Positions 1-9,329 are shown, counted from the stretch's first letter. The stretch: DNA of 21,614 bases from Candidatus Micrarchaeia archaeon (GCA_049970015.1 JBMFNT010000013.1:1-21614); one strand, 5' to 3'. The notes: generated by a model not told the origin, from the sequence alone. Numbers and translations: made by a program.

Positions 1-288
1 TCTACTAGTGGCAAGAGTGAACTGGAGGTTAAGCATGCTATACAAAGGGCAATCAAATACTTACTCATAAAATAGTATGTTTAGGATTGCATGTCTACTG
101 GTGGCAAGAGTGAACTGGAGGTTAAGCATGCTATACAAAGGGCAATCAAATACTTACTCATAAAATAGTATGTTTAGGATTGCATGTCTACTGGTGGCAA
201 GAGTGAACTGGAGGTTAAGCATGCTATACAAAGGGCAATCAAATACTTACTCATAAAATAGTACGTTTACTGTGTGTTTAGGATTGCA
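1..288. repeat. 93-bp tandem repeat, about 3 copies, truncated by the window start
   Basis: Unit TCTACT(A/G)GTGGCAAGAG...TTTAGGATTGCATG starts at 1, 94 and 187. Copies 1 and 2 differ only at unit position 7. Copy 3 has an 11-bp insertion (264-274) and diverges after 288. Confidence 0.97.
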
Positions 289-451
289 AATAGCATAAAA
301 CTTGGTGAAAACGTTTATCTGGGCTTTTTAAATAGTATTCTTGTTTTATTTTTGAAAATTAGCTGTTTTCTTCCTTTTTATTGTTTTAACCGACGGTAAG
401 TGTATATGCTTTAAAAACCATTGCCTGTACTAAAAAAAGGGGTGTGTTACA

Positions 452-688
452 GTGAGGTGTATTAGTAGGTATGATGTGGAGAAGCTTATACGAAAGAACG
501 TATCTTCAAAGATACGGATTGATGAAGAGGCGACTGAAGAGCTGGTTTCGATAATTGAGGAGAAGGCAGGAAAGATAGTTGAGAAGGCAGTGTTCATAGC
601 AATGACAACGAATGATAGCAGGAGAAGAAAAGCAAAAAAAGTTAAGCTCACAAAAACCGATATACATATTGCATCGGCCGCTGTCTAG
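452..688 (+). CDS. Archaeal histone-fold protein (HMf-like), variant with a basic insertion in loop 2
   Basis: 78 aa, GTG start with SD-like GGGGTG at 439-444. The pattern VEKLIRK..KIRIDEEA.EEL..IIEE....IVEKA..IA...LTKTDI.IA aligns by eye with HMfA/B helices 1-3. Confidence 0.75.
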   Translation: MRCISRYDVEKLIRKNVSSKIRIDEEATEELVSIIEEKAGKIVEKAVFIAMTTNDSRRRKAKKVKLTKTDIHIASAAV

Positions 689-692
689 CTCG

Positions 693-1628
693 CTATTCTG
701 TCCTTTTGTTTTCTTTAATTTTATCGTGTAAGGATTTTGCCAGCAAGGGAAATACTATTGAGTAATCTGCATACACCAGTACGCTCTTGCCTTGTGCCTT
801 TATTTTTCCCCAACTTACTGCCTCTCTTGGATAAGCACCACTGAGTGATGCATCATACTCATGTGCGGTTGATATGTAAACTGCCTTATCAAGACCCCCA
901 CGCAACAGGTTCACCCCTAAAGTATGGTGTTTTGGAACACCGCCACCTAGAATGAGCGCACCCGTAGATTTTGACTGTAAAGTAATGTCTGCAAGCTCTT
1001 TCATATCTGCGGTCACATCAATACAAAACTCCCTGTTTTTTTGCTTGTGTATGTAAAGCTGTATCCCGAGAGCACCATCTGTTATTGCCGGGCAAAATAC
1101 CTTACAACCGATATCATGTGCGGCCTTAAGAAAAGAGCCCGGATCATTTATATTCTCAGAAAGCCTTGAAATGAGCTGTCTTGTGGATATAGGAAAACCA
1201 CCTGTGAACTCTCCCAAAATAGGGCGTACAAACTTCTCAAGCCCCTCATATCTCTCATTAGGGACAAATATGTTGCCTATCCTGTTGATCCCCCGCTTCC
1301 TCAGAGAAGCATCATCAATATTAAAGTGCCCAAGATAAAAACTACCAAGTGTCCTCATTATGTCTTCCTCAATAGCGCCAGCTGTTGTTATTATGACTTT
1401 TGGAGAGGCATCGCGTATGAACTGTGCCATTATCTCCCTTAAACCTGAGCTTATTACTGTCGAAGTGAAAGATATGTAAAAAGTCATATCTTTGTCAGCA
1501 ACCATGCTATACAACAACGTATCCGCAACAGAAAGGTTAGATGCCTGGATTCCAATATTCCTGTATGCCTTGAGCAGCCCTGGGAATGTGTTAACTTCTT
1601 CTAGGTCAAACCCATGTATGGTTTCCAC
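693..1628 (-). CDS. dys: Deoxyhypusine synthase
   Basis: Motifs SSGLRE, TAGAIEED, INRIGN, PAITDG, GGGVPKHH, SLSGA.P.EAVSWGK (catalytic Lys). Confidence 0.96.
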   Translation of the reverse strand: METIHGFDLEEVNTFPGLLKAYRNIGIQASNLSVADTLLYSMVADKDMTFYISFTSTVISSGLREIMAQFIRDASPKVIITTAGAIEEDIMRTLGSFYLGHFNIDDASLRKRGINRIGNIFVPNERYEGLEKFVRPILGEFTGGFPISTRQLISRLSENINDPGSFLKAAHDIGCKVFCPAITDGALGIQLYIHKQKNREFCIDVTADMKELADITLQSKSTGALILGGGVPKHHTLGVNLLRGGLDKAVYISTAHEYDASLSGAYPREAVSWGKIKAQGKSVLVYADYSIVFPLLAKSLHDKIKENKRTE

Positions 1629-1679
1629 AAAGTATGTATATTGCCAAGTATTTTAAATAAAATAGATATAACTTATAGC

Positions 1680-3074
1680 ATGGATGCACAATATAAGGCT
1701 GTGATTGCACTTTTGCTTCTATTTCATGTGCTCTACCCTGCAACTGTTGCAGAGGTAGTAGGAAGATACATTGAACCGCAGGAATCCTACTCCATTGAGA
1801 AAATATCGGTTGGTGGAAAGGATTACTGGATAGTGAAAGTAAACAACGAAGAGACTTTCATCGTAGATTATAACTCAAACATCATATGGGAAAAAGAAAG
1901 CCTACGCAATGTACTAACCAGCTACTCACGTGAGAAAGCGGATTTTGAAAACAAGAGAAAGTATATACAATCAAGCATATCTATATTCAATGAAAGCCAA
2001 TACCCAGAAAGAAGGGACTGTGAAAGGATAACTGGTGTTGACAAGATGGAATGCCTTGATAAGGAAAGTTGTATAAAGGCATGCTACGCAGTGCCATTGT
2101 GTGCAATGCAAATACGCGATAAATTGATAGATAGTATATTAGATTGGAACAACCAAAGAAAGGCAGTTGATGAAAAGATTATCGATGCTAAAAACAAGGT
2201 GTCAACACTTGAAACAAAACAGGATTTTGATAATGCAAAGACTGCTATAAGATCAATGATAGATGAAATGCGAAAGCTTGAGGGAATGGACATATACAAC
2301 GTTGATAGATATTGTGGAAATATGAGTATAGATTATAACACTGCTGAAAAGGCCGAAGAGTATGCACAGGAGATTGCAAGTATGTTTGGTAGCGAGCGGA
2401 TTGTGATTGCACGTGCAGATTCTATCTACTCGAAAGCTATAGGAAGGAAGGAATACATTGAGACAAGGGATGAAACATATGCAAAGATATACGCAAACCT
2501 GTCTACAAGGTATGATGAAGTGGAAAAGATGTATAGCAATGCGATGTTTACAGATAATGAAACTGAGGGATTGCTCATCGGGCTTGAGAACTGCACTGCT
2601 ATCATGAGAGGGCTGAAAAGCGAAGGAAAGTATAAGGTTGCTATTGATACAGGAAGTGAATGTCTGAATGAGCTTGCAGGGATTAAAACTAGGTTGCAAA
2701 CATATATTGCACAGTATGATATTATGGAAAGCAAGGGTAAGAATGTGCTTGCCATGATTGAGAAGGCAAAGCCAAAAGTGTACAACACATCATATGAAAA
2801 TGATCTAGTCGATTTGGAGAGAGAAATAAAGCTAATTCTGAAAGAGAAGGTTCAGCGGTCAAAGATTAATGAGTATTCAAAAAGGGTGAGTGAGATTGAA
2901 TCTGAGGTTAACACGATCGTTGCAAGGGCAGTACTGGAGGAGGAAACAAATGCATCTGGTACTGGGCAAAATGCTGAGGTTGTGGGTAAAAAAGAGGGGG
3001 TTATGACCTATATCTGCAGTATTATAAATGCCATAGAATCGTTCCTTGGCATTTCATTGGGGGTGTGCTCATGA
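1680..3074 (+). CDS. Secreted or membrane-associated Cys-rich, largely helical hypothetical protein
   Basis: Start moved to ATG 1680 because the 1614 start overlaps dys. Signal-peptide-like N-terminus (AVIALLLLFHVLYPATVA), a Cys cluster, many N-x-S/T sequons and a hydrophobic C-terminus. Confidence 0.8.
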   Translation: MDAQYKAVIALLLLFHVLYPATVAEVVGRYIEPQESYSIEKISVGGKDYWIVKVNNEETFIVDYNSNIIWEKESLRNVLTSYSREKADFENKRKYIQSSISIFNESQYPERRDCERITGVDKMECLDKESCIKACYAVPLCAMQIRDKLIDSILDWNNQRKAVDEKIIDAKNKVSTLETKQDFDNAKTAIRSMIDEMRKLEGMDIYNVDRYCGNMSIDYNTAEKAEEYAQEIASMFGSERIVIARADSIYSKAIGRKEYIETRDETYAKIYANLSTRYDEVEKMYSNAMFTDNETEGLLIGLENCTAIMRGLKSEGKYKVAIDTGSECLNELAGIKTRLQTYIAQYDIMESKGKNVLAMIEKAKPKVYNTSYENDLVDLEREIKLILKEKVQRSKINEYSKRVSEIESEVNTIVARAVLEEETNASGTGQNAEVVGKKEGVMTYICSIINAIESFLGISLGVCS

Positions 3075-4030
3075 AAATGCATATATATTATGATGACAAA
3101 TTGCTCGAATATGCAGGGAAATTCCCGGATACTCCTGAACGGCTTACTTCAATCATAAACTACCTAAAGAAATCAGATTTAGATTACAAAATAGTAAAAC
3201 CATCTCCTGCAAAAAAGGAGGATCTACTCAGAGCACATGATGAAAAATATCTAAAAGAGATTGAAGAGTACAGGAGAATAAATATGTACTTTCCTGATGA
3301 GCCGATAGATAGCAAGACATATGAGATAGCAGTACTATCTGCTGGAGCAGCAATTGATGCTGCAGAATATTCACTCAAGACAAAAGAATTTTCTTTTGCA
3401 CTTACAAGACCGAAAGGCAGTCATGCTGGAAGGAACTTTTTTGGGGGATATTCATACATAAACAACATGGCAGTGGCCATATTGCGGTTATTGAAAAAAC
3501 ATGGAGTCACGCGCGCCCTTATAATAGACTTTGATGCACATTTCTGCAATGGGACAAACAATATATTTGTAAATGATGAGAGGGTTTACCTGCTGTCAGT
3601 GCACCAGCATGCGGATTCTGTGTACCCATACATAGGAAAGGAGAGGGAAAGCAGCAAGCGAATGAGATACTATGAAAGCAGGTTGTGGATAAGCGATAAG
3701 GAGTATGTCAACAGGTTTTTTGAGGTTGTGCCAAAATTTATTGAAGAATGCCACCCAGAGATTATAGGGGTATGTGCTGGGTTTAACACATACTACAAGG
3801 ATGTATTTTTTGGGACTGTGAGTAGGATACGCGACCCAAGAACATATGGTAAGATTGGAAGGATAATTGATGTAAAGGCAAAACAAATGGACATTCCAGT
3901 TTTTGGAGTATTGGAAGGGGGATATTGGGTTGATGAATTGGGAGAACTTGCCTATAATTTTCTAAGAGCATTTGGTAGTGAAAGTAAGGAATACTTGCCT
4001 GATGTTGTTACCGAAAAACGCGCAAAGTGA
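3071..4030 (+). CDS. Histone deacetylase family (HDAC/AcuC/APAH-like) protein with a non-canonical active site
   Basis: PERL, HDEKY, RPKGSHA, YINN, DFDAH..NGT, AGFN and VLEGGY match the HDAC motif order. ATGA overlap with the upstream stop at 3071-3074. Confidence 0.9.
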   Translation: MKMHIYYDDKLLEYAGKFPDTPERLTSIINYLKKSDLDYKIVKPSPAKKEDLLRAHDEKYLKEIEEYRRINMYFPDEPIDSKTYEIAVLSAGAAIDAAEYSLKTKEFSFALTRPKGSHAGRNFFGGYSYINNMAVAILRLLKKHGVTRALIIDFDAHFCNGTNNIFVNDERVYLLSVHQHADSVYPYIGKERESSKRMRYYESRLWISDKEYVNRFFEVVPKFIEECHPEIIGVCAGFNTYYKDVFFGTVSRIRDPRTYGKIGRIIDVKAKQMDIPVFGVLEGGYWVDELGELAYNFLRAFGSESKEYLPDVVTEKRAK

Positions 4031-5346
4031 TCAGTATGTATACTAGAGAGGTGCTCAGTGCACTGAAGAAAAAGGGGATTGAGATCGGTGACACTGTTTC
4101 AATACGGGTTGGTGAAAAGGAATATTCAGGAATTCTTCTTGAGAATGCCAGCAAGAATACTGATGTGCTTGAATTAAAGCTGAATAATGGATACAATATA
4201 GGAATAAAGTATAATGATGGAATAAGGCTTGTTGGGAAAAAAGAAGGAAAAATACCATATGAAAATGAAGAGGCAACAAAAATAAAAGGTAACTTGTCAG
4301 TGCTTATGTTTGGTGGAACGATTTCATCAAAAGTGGAATATAAAACAGGTGCAGTGTTTCCAGCAATGACTGCTAAGGAGTTTGAGGAATCGTTTCCAGA
4401 AGCCAGAAAATTCTGTACACCTATGTTCAGGAACGTGATGTCCATATTATCTGAAGACATTAATACACATCATTGGGAAGTTATGTGCAAAGAGATATAC
4501 AATGAATTGAAGGAAGAAATACCTGTTGTTGCAACACATGGCACTGACACGATGGGGTTCAGCGCAGCAGCAGCATCTTTTGCAATCAGAAATCCTGTAA
4601 AACCTGTAGTTTTCACTGGGGCACAAAGGAGCAGTGATAGGGGGTCAAGTGATAACAAGGAAAATTTTCTGAATTCTGCATACTATGCAAGCAGAGGTAA
4701 ACCAGGTGTTTTTGTTTGTATGCACGCAACAATGAATGATACTACTGCACATGTCCATCTGGGAACACGCGTTAGAAAAATGCATACATCCAGAAGGGAT
4801 GCTTTCAAGAGTATAAATTCGAGACCGTTTGCAGAGGTTGATTATTCGAAAGGTATGATTAAATATCTTATAGAAAACGAAACTTCGAAGAATGACATGG
4901 CACTTGTAAACACGTTTAATGATAATGTTGCACTTATTTATACTTATCCAGGGATAAAGCCATCTTTTATATCAAGGCTCTCTGACTATGATGGGGTGGT
5001 GATTGCCGGAACTGGGTTGGGGCATGTGCCATCAAACCCTTTTGGTGATCTGATTGCAACTCCAATAATAAAAGAAGTAAGAGAGCTTGTTAACTCTGGT
5101 GTTTTTGTGGTAATAGCACCACAAACAATCTATGGAAGAATTAATCTTGAGGTTTATACTGCAGGAAGAATGCTAAAAGATGCAGGAGTAATCGGGCACT
5201 TGCATGACTGGTTACCTGAGACTGCATATGTTAAGTTGTGCTGGGTGCTTGGGCAAACAAAGAAAAAGGATGATGTAGAAAGAATGATGTACACGAATTA
5301 TGCCAACGAGATAAGTAATAGGAGCCTGATTGAAAATTTCTATTAG
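4027..5346 (+). CDS. gatD: Glu-tRNA(Gln) amidotransferase subunit D
   Basis: N-terminal KLNNGYNIG domain followed by asparaginase motifs GGTISS.VEYKTGAV, HGTDTM, GAQRSSDRGSSD and RKMHTSRRDAF. Start is either GTG 4027 or ATG 4036. Confidence 0.96.
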   Translation: MISMYTREVLSALKKKGIEIGDTVSIRVGEKEYSGILLENASKNTDVLELKLNNGYNIGIKYNDGIRLVGKKEGKIPYENEEATKIKGNLSVLMFGGTISSKVEYKTGAVFPAMTAKEFEESFPEARKFCTPMFRNVMSILSEDINTHHWEVMCKEIYNELKEEIPVVATHGTDTMGFSAAAASFAIRNPVKPVVFTGAQRSSDRGSSDNKENFLNSAYYASRGKPGVFVCMHATMNDTTAHVHLGTRVRKMHTSRRDAFKSINSRPFAEVDYSKGMIKYLIENETSKNDMALVNTFNDNVALIYTYPGIKPSFISRLSDYDGVVIAGTGLGHVPSNPFGDLIATPIIKEVRELVNSGVFVVIAPQTIYGRINLEVYTAGRMLKDAGVIGHLHDWLPETAYVKLCWVLGQTKKKDDVERMMYTNYANEISNRSLIENFY

Positions 5347-5370
5347 AAGTGGCTTGGGTTGATAATTCTG

Positions 5371-5703
5371 TTAGCTCTGCTTTTCCCTGTCCTTAAGAGA
5401 TATTATTGCTGATGCAACATCACCCTCTTTCTTGAGTGCAGAGATTGCCTCTTCCCTGGTTGCGCCTGTTTGTTTAATCACCAGCTCTATATCTTCATTG
5501 CTTAAGGATTGCTCCTCATGTACATCACCGCTTATACTGTAATTCTTCTGGCCTCTCATCTCCATCTCGAGAATTTGAGGATTTTCTATGATTATATTCG
5601 TGCCCTCACACTCTATTATTACCCTGCTCGCATTCAGCTGCCTGCTCTTTACGCCCATCTGTTTTAAAATCTGTTGCATTTGTCTTGGGTCTGTTGGGAA
5701 CAT
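5371..5703 (-). CDS. nac: Archaeal nascent polypeptide-associated complex protein
   Basis: MFPTDPRQMQQILKQMG...IENPQI..MEMRGQ NAC domain plus UBA-like EDIELV..QTG...EEA..AL....GDVASAI. Likely start is ATG 5703, since the longer track ORF overlaps topA. Confidence 0.93.
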   Translation of the reverse strand: MFPTDPRQMQQILKQMGVKSRQLNASRVIIECEGTNIIIENPQILEMEMRGQKNYSISGDVHEEQSLSNEDIELVIKQTGATREEAISALKKEGDVASAIISLKDREKQS

Positions 5704-5757
5704 GGTAAAATAAGAATAGAGTAAATATATATTTGTTTGCACTGGGAATAAGAAGCA

Positions 5758-7758
5758 ATGAAAACCCTCATAATTGCTGAAAAGCCAAAGGTTGCAGAGA
5801 AGATCGCACACTTTTTGAATGATAAGCCTAAATACAGAAAGATCGGTAAAGTAGGATACTTTGAGTTCGAGAAAGATGGAAATATTGTGTTTGTTGCAAG
5901 CGCTGTGGGCCACATATACTCACTAAAAGGAAAGAATGCTAGAGAAATACCAGTCTTTGATGTTGAATGGGTACCTTCATATGAAATAAACAAGAATGCT
6001 GGTTATGTAAAGGAATACATAAAACTCATTGAAAGGCTGGCAAAAGATACGGATGTTTTTGTCTCAGCGTGCGATTACGACATTGAGGGTTCTTTGATTG
6101 GGTTTAATGCAATAAGGTTTGCTGCACATTCAACAAAAGGAAAGAGAATGAAGTTTTCTGCACTCACAAAAGAAGATATTCTAAATGCGTATGAGAATAT
6201 GGAAGAGTTGGACTACTATAATGCATATGCTGGTGAGACGAGGCATATTTTGGATTGGTACTGGGGAATAAACCTGAGTAGGGCACTCATGAGTGCAATA
6301 AGAATGGCGGGAGTGCATAAAGTGCTTAGCATTGGCCGTGTACAGGGGCCTGCACTTGATATACTTGCCAAACGTGAGAAAGAGATTATTGAATTCAAGC
6401 CAACTCCATACTGGCAAGTATTTGTAGAAAAGAATGGGATACGATATATACATGAAAATGAAAAGTTCTGGAAAGAGGAGGATGCAAACAAGGTTTACAG
6501 CAATACTGATAAGAGGGGAATTGTTAGTAATGTTCTGGTAAAGAAAATTCAAGTGCCTCCACCACCGCCGTTTGACCTTACTTCGCTCCAGATAGAAGCA
6601 TACAGGGTATATAAGATGAGCCCAAAAGAGGTGTTATCAATTGCACAAAACCTCTATGAAAATTCATACATAAGCTATCCCAGGACAAGCTCACAAAAAC
6701 TCCCTGAAAAACTTGGACTTAAGAGAATAATAGAAAAAATAGGTTCAATAGATAAGTACAAGGAAGAATGCAATTACTTGCTATCAAACAAGTTGCTAAG
6801 GCCACATGAAGGAAGTAAAACTGATCCTGCACATCCTGCAATACATCCTACTGGAATATACGGAAATATGGGAGGGCAAGAGGAAAAATTGTATGACTTA
6901 ATAGTAAAAAGATTCCTGGCATGTTTTGGGGAAAGTGCTGTAAAAGAGAAAACAAAAGTTGTGTTAAAAATGGGTAGTGAGAATTATGTTGGGGAAGGTA
7001 CAATAATAGATAAGAAAGGATGGATTGAGTTGTATGGCAGGTATTACAGCGAAGAGGAGGTTCAAATTCCAAGATTAAACAAAGGTGAGGTTTTCATTGC
7101 AGACAGTATAGTAAATGAAAAGAAAATGACACAGCCACCAAAAAGATATACACCAACATCGCTTGTAAAGACACTTGAAAATAAGAACCTTGGGACAAAG
7201 ACTACCCGTGCACTCATAATAGATACGCTTTTTCAAAGAGAGTATGTAAAAGAGAGAAGCATTGAGGTTACTGAATTGGGGATGAAAGTGCACGATGTGC
7301 TGGAAAAATACTGTCCAAAGATACTTGATGAAAAGCTAACCGAGGAGTTTGAAAACAAAATAAACTTGATACAAGAAGGAAAAGCAAATAAGGATGAAGT
7401 TTTGAGTGAAGCACGGGATGTGCTAAGAAAAATAATCAGTGATTTTCTAAAAAATGAGGAAAAAATAGGTATAGAGCTTCTTGATGCACTCAAGGCAAGC
7501 GAGCGCAAGGAGAGATTTATCATGAAATGTGAAAAGTGTGGCGGGGACCTTATAGTGAAAAACACAAGGGATAGCAGGATATTTATAGGTTGTACGAATT
7601 ATCCAAGATGTAATAATGCATACCCCATACCATCAGGAGTAAAAAAAGTAAAATTTGTTGAAAAATGCGAGAGATGCGGGGCACCAGTAATCAAATATTA
7701 CATAAAGAAAAAGATGGTAAAAAGATGCCTAAATACGAAATGTAATTCTACTTCGTAA
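5758..7758 (+). CDS. topA: Type IA DNA topoisomerase (archaeal TopA/Topo III) with C-terminal Zn ribbons
   Basis: IAEKP, VGHI, CDYDIEG (TOPRIM), SIGRVQ, ISYPRT (catalytic Tyr), AHPAIHPT, LGTKTTR, and two C4 Zn-ribbon-like motifs. Confidence 0.97.
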   Translation: MKTLIIAEKPKVAEKIAHFLNDKPKYRKIGKVGYFEFEKDGNIVFVASAVGHIYSLKGKNAREIPVFDVEWVPSYEINKNAGYVKEYIKLIERLAKDTDVFVSACDYDIEGSLIGFNAIRFAAHSTKGKRMKFSALTKEDILNAYENMEELDYYNAYAGETRHILDWYWGINLSRALMSAIRMAGVHKVLSIGRVQGPALDILAKREKEIIEFKPTPYWQVFVEKNGIRYIHENEKFWKEEDANKVYSNTDKRGIVSNVLVKKIQVPPPPPFDLTSLQIEAYRVYKMSPKEVLSIAQNLYENSYISYPRTSSQKLPEKLGLKRIIEKIGSIDKYKEECNYLLSNKLLRPHEGSKTDPAHPAIHPTGIYGNMGGQEEKLYDLIVKRFLACFGESAVKEKTKVVLKMGSENYVGEGTIIDKKGWIELYGRYYSEEEVQIPRLNKGEVFIADSIVNEKKMTQPPKRYTPTSLVKTLENKNLGTKTTRALIIDTLFQREYVKERSIEVTELGMKVHDVLEKYCPKILDEKLTEEFENKINLIQEGKANKDEVLSEARDVLRKIISDFLKNEEKIGIELLDALKASERKERFIMKCEKCGGDLIVKNTRDSRIFIGCTNYPRCNNAYPIPSGVKKVKFVEKCERCGAPVIKYYIKKKMVKRCLNTKCNSTS

Positions 7759-8227
7759 TATCATAACCAGTATTTGTACATATCTTTGATGCAAATGCCA
7801 GCACCTTGGAGTTGTTGTCAAACAGTGTAATGTCTAAAATCTCCCCGCTCTTGTCAAATGATATCTTGAAAAAGTGAATTATTGGTATTCGAATTTCTAC
7901 ATTATCATTGTTATAATTGCATATTGATGGAGCCTCAATCATAAGGTCCATAAAGCTCTCAAAAAAGATACTTCTGAAAACCTCGTTAGCAATTTTTCCT
8001 TCTTCTAAAAATAGGAGAGAGTCATAAACAAATGCTGGGTTTCTTTTTATGCAGCCTATTTTTGCAATAGTGCTTCCATTGCAACGAAGAAAAAGTATAT
8101 CTTTATCAAGAACTATCTCCCTTCCATTTTTCTGTATTTCTTCATTCAGTGTATCTATAAGAAAGGCGAGTCTCTTGCCAACACCTTTTTTTATCAGCTT
8201 TTCGCGAATAGCCTCTTTAGTACCCAT
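7748..8227 (-). CDS. Hypothetical protein (159 aa)
   Basis: Fills the gap between topA and the methyltransferase, with protein-like composition and an 11-bp convergent overlap with topA. No motif recognised. Confidence 0.7.
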   Translation of the reverse strand: MGTKEAIREKLIKKGVGKRLAFLIDTLNEEIQKNGREIVLDKDILFLRCNGSTIAKIGCIKRNPAFVYDSLLFLEEGKIANEVFRSIFFESFMDLMIEAPSICNYNNDNVEIRIPIIHFFKISFDKSGEILDITLFDNNSKVLAFASKICTNTGYDITK

Positions 8228-8243
8228 ACTTTTATTTTTTTAC

Positions 8244-8255
8244 AAGTATATACTT
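8244..8255. promoter_or_regulatory. Perfect 12-bp palindrome AAGTATATACTT; possible TATA box or operator of the 159-aa gene
   Basis: Lies 17-28 bp upstream of the minus-strand ATG at 8227. Confidence 0.35.
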
Positions 8256-8297
8256 AAGCTTTTCTATTTCAGTGGCTGTGGGACAAAAATATCCACA

Positions 8298-9329
8298 TTA
8301 CATGTGCTTCTTACTAAATACGCGTAGGTGCATATAGTCGTCTTTCTCCTCAATACCTGAGAGCAACTGCTTGTAAGAATATCCAAACTTCCTGATGTAA
8401 TGCTTGTTTTGTGCAAGCTCTTTTGCACTAAGATAATACAGATTATCCAGCTCTAAATAGAATAGCTTTTCGCCCAGAATAAGCTCTGTATAGGACTTTT
8501 GGGTGGAAAGAGTATGATCAATGCCTTTTTCAAAAAGAATAGAACTAAGAAGCATAAAATTGATGTCAACCGTCAACTGCGTACCATACTTGCGGATTAT
8601 ATTTGCATTCCAAGCATCTTTACTGAACTCTTTAACTTCACTAATACTGGAAAACCCATAATCGTAAACATCAAAATACCCACCCGGGAGAATCCTTTTT
8701 GCAATGTTGCATATACTGTCACTACATTTAATGTTGGCTGGTATATGGTATCCTAAAGGCATCTTTGAAACATGTGATAACACTTGCGCAGAAATGCCTT
8801 TTGCTGGGTAATATTCGTAATCCAAATCATTGTTATAGAATACCTCCTTTATGCCATCACGATCTTTTACGAATATTCTAGCTGGAATGTCATCATACAT
8901 CTCGTTTGAGCGTACGTACAGAGGTTTTCTTAGAAATGAAATGGATTTTGAAATATTTACAGGAATAAAATCAATATTGAATTTTGCGAGGTTTTTTTCT
9001 ACATTAAAAGATATGTTGTTGAATGAAACATCGCAAAGAAAATAGTTCATATGCTTCAGAAATGGGTTTTTGTGGCCAATGACTTTTGCAATGCCATCAA
9101 GAAAGTTCAGTGCAAACAGACCGTTTCCAACACCTAATTCATACACATTTATTTCAGAATGGCCATCCCAAGTATCATAGAAATTATGCAAAAATTCAAT
9201 CGCATTTGCATAAGGTACCTTACTACAACTTCCAAATGTCTTAAAATCAGCATAGATGTCCTGAACTTTCCTATAATATGATATATTGACTCTTTCTTGC
9301 AGTCTATCAAACCTTATGCACCTAGTCAT
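8298..9329 (-). CDS. Class I SAM-dependent methyltransferase, MidA/NDUFAF7-like
   Basis: YY...ADFKT, YELGVGNG.FA (motif I), SNEMYDDIP, DYG and LTVDINF correspond to MidA motifs YY...GDF.T, ElGaG.G, aNElfDalP, DYG and iTahVdF. Confidence 0.75.
   Translation of the reverse strand: MTRCIRFDRLQERVNISYYRKVQDIYADFKTFGSCSKVPYANAIEFLHNFYDTWDGHSEINVYELGVGNGLFALNFLDGIAKVIGHKNPFLKHMNYFLCDVSFNNISFNVEKNLAKFNIDFIPVNISKSISFLRKPLYVRSNEMYDDIPARIFVKDRDGIKEVFYNNDLDYEYYPAKGISAQVLSHVSKMPLGYHIPANIKCSDSICNIAKRILPGGYFDVYDYGFSSISEVKEFSKDAWNANIIRKYGTQLTVDINFMLLSSILFEKGIDHTLSTQKSYTELILGEKLFYLELDNLYYLSAKELAQNKHYIRKFGYSYKQLLSGIEEKDDYMHLRVFSKKHM

Noticed and set aside
91..261. Amber (TAG) readthrough making the 93-bp array one repeat protein
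   Set aside because: The frame has two TAGs per unit, but TAG is a normal stop for several genes here (histone, dys, gatD) and no recoding machinery is visible.
1..288. CRISPR array, or ORB-containing replication origin
   Set aside because: There are no variable spacers. The minus-strand CTCCAGTTCAC resembles only half of the ORB consensus (no GAAA or G-string), so an origin is not supported.
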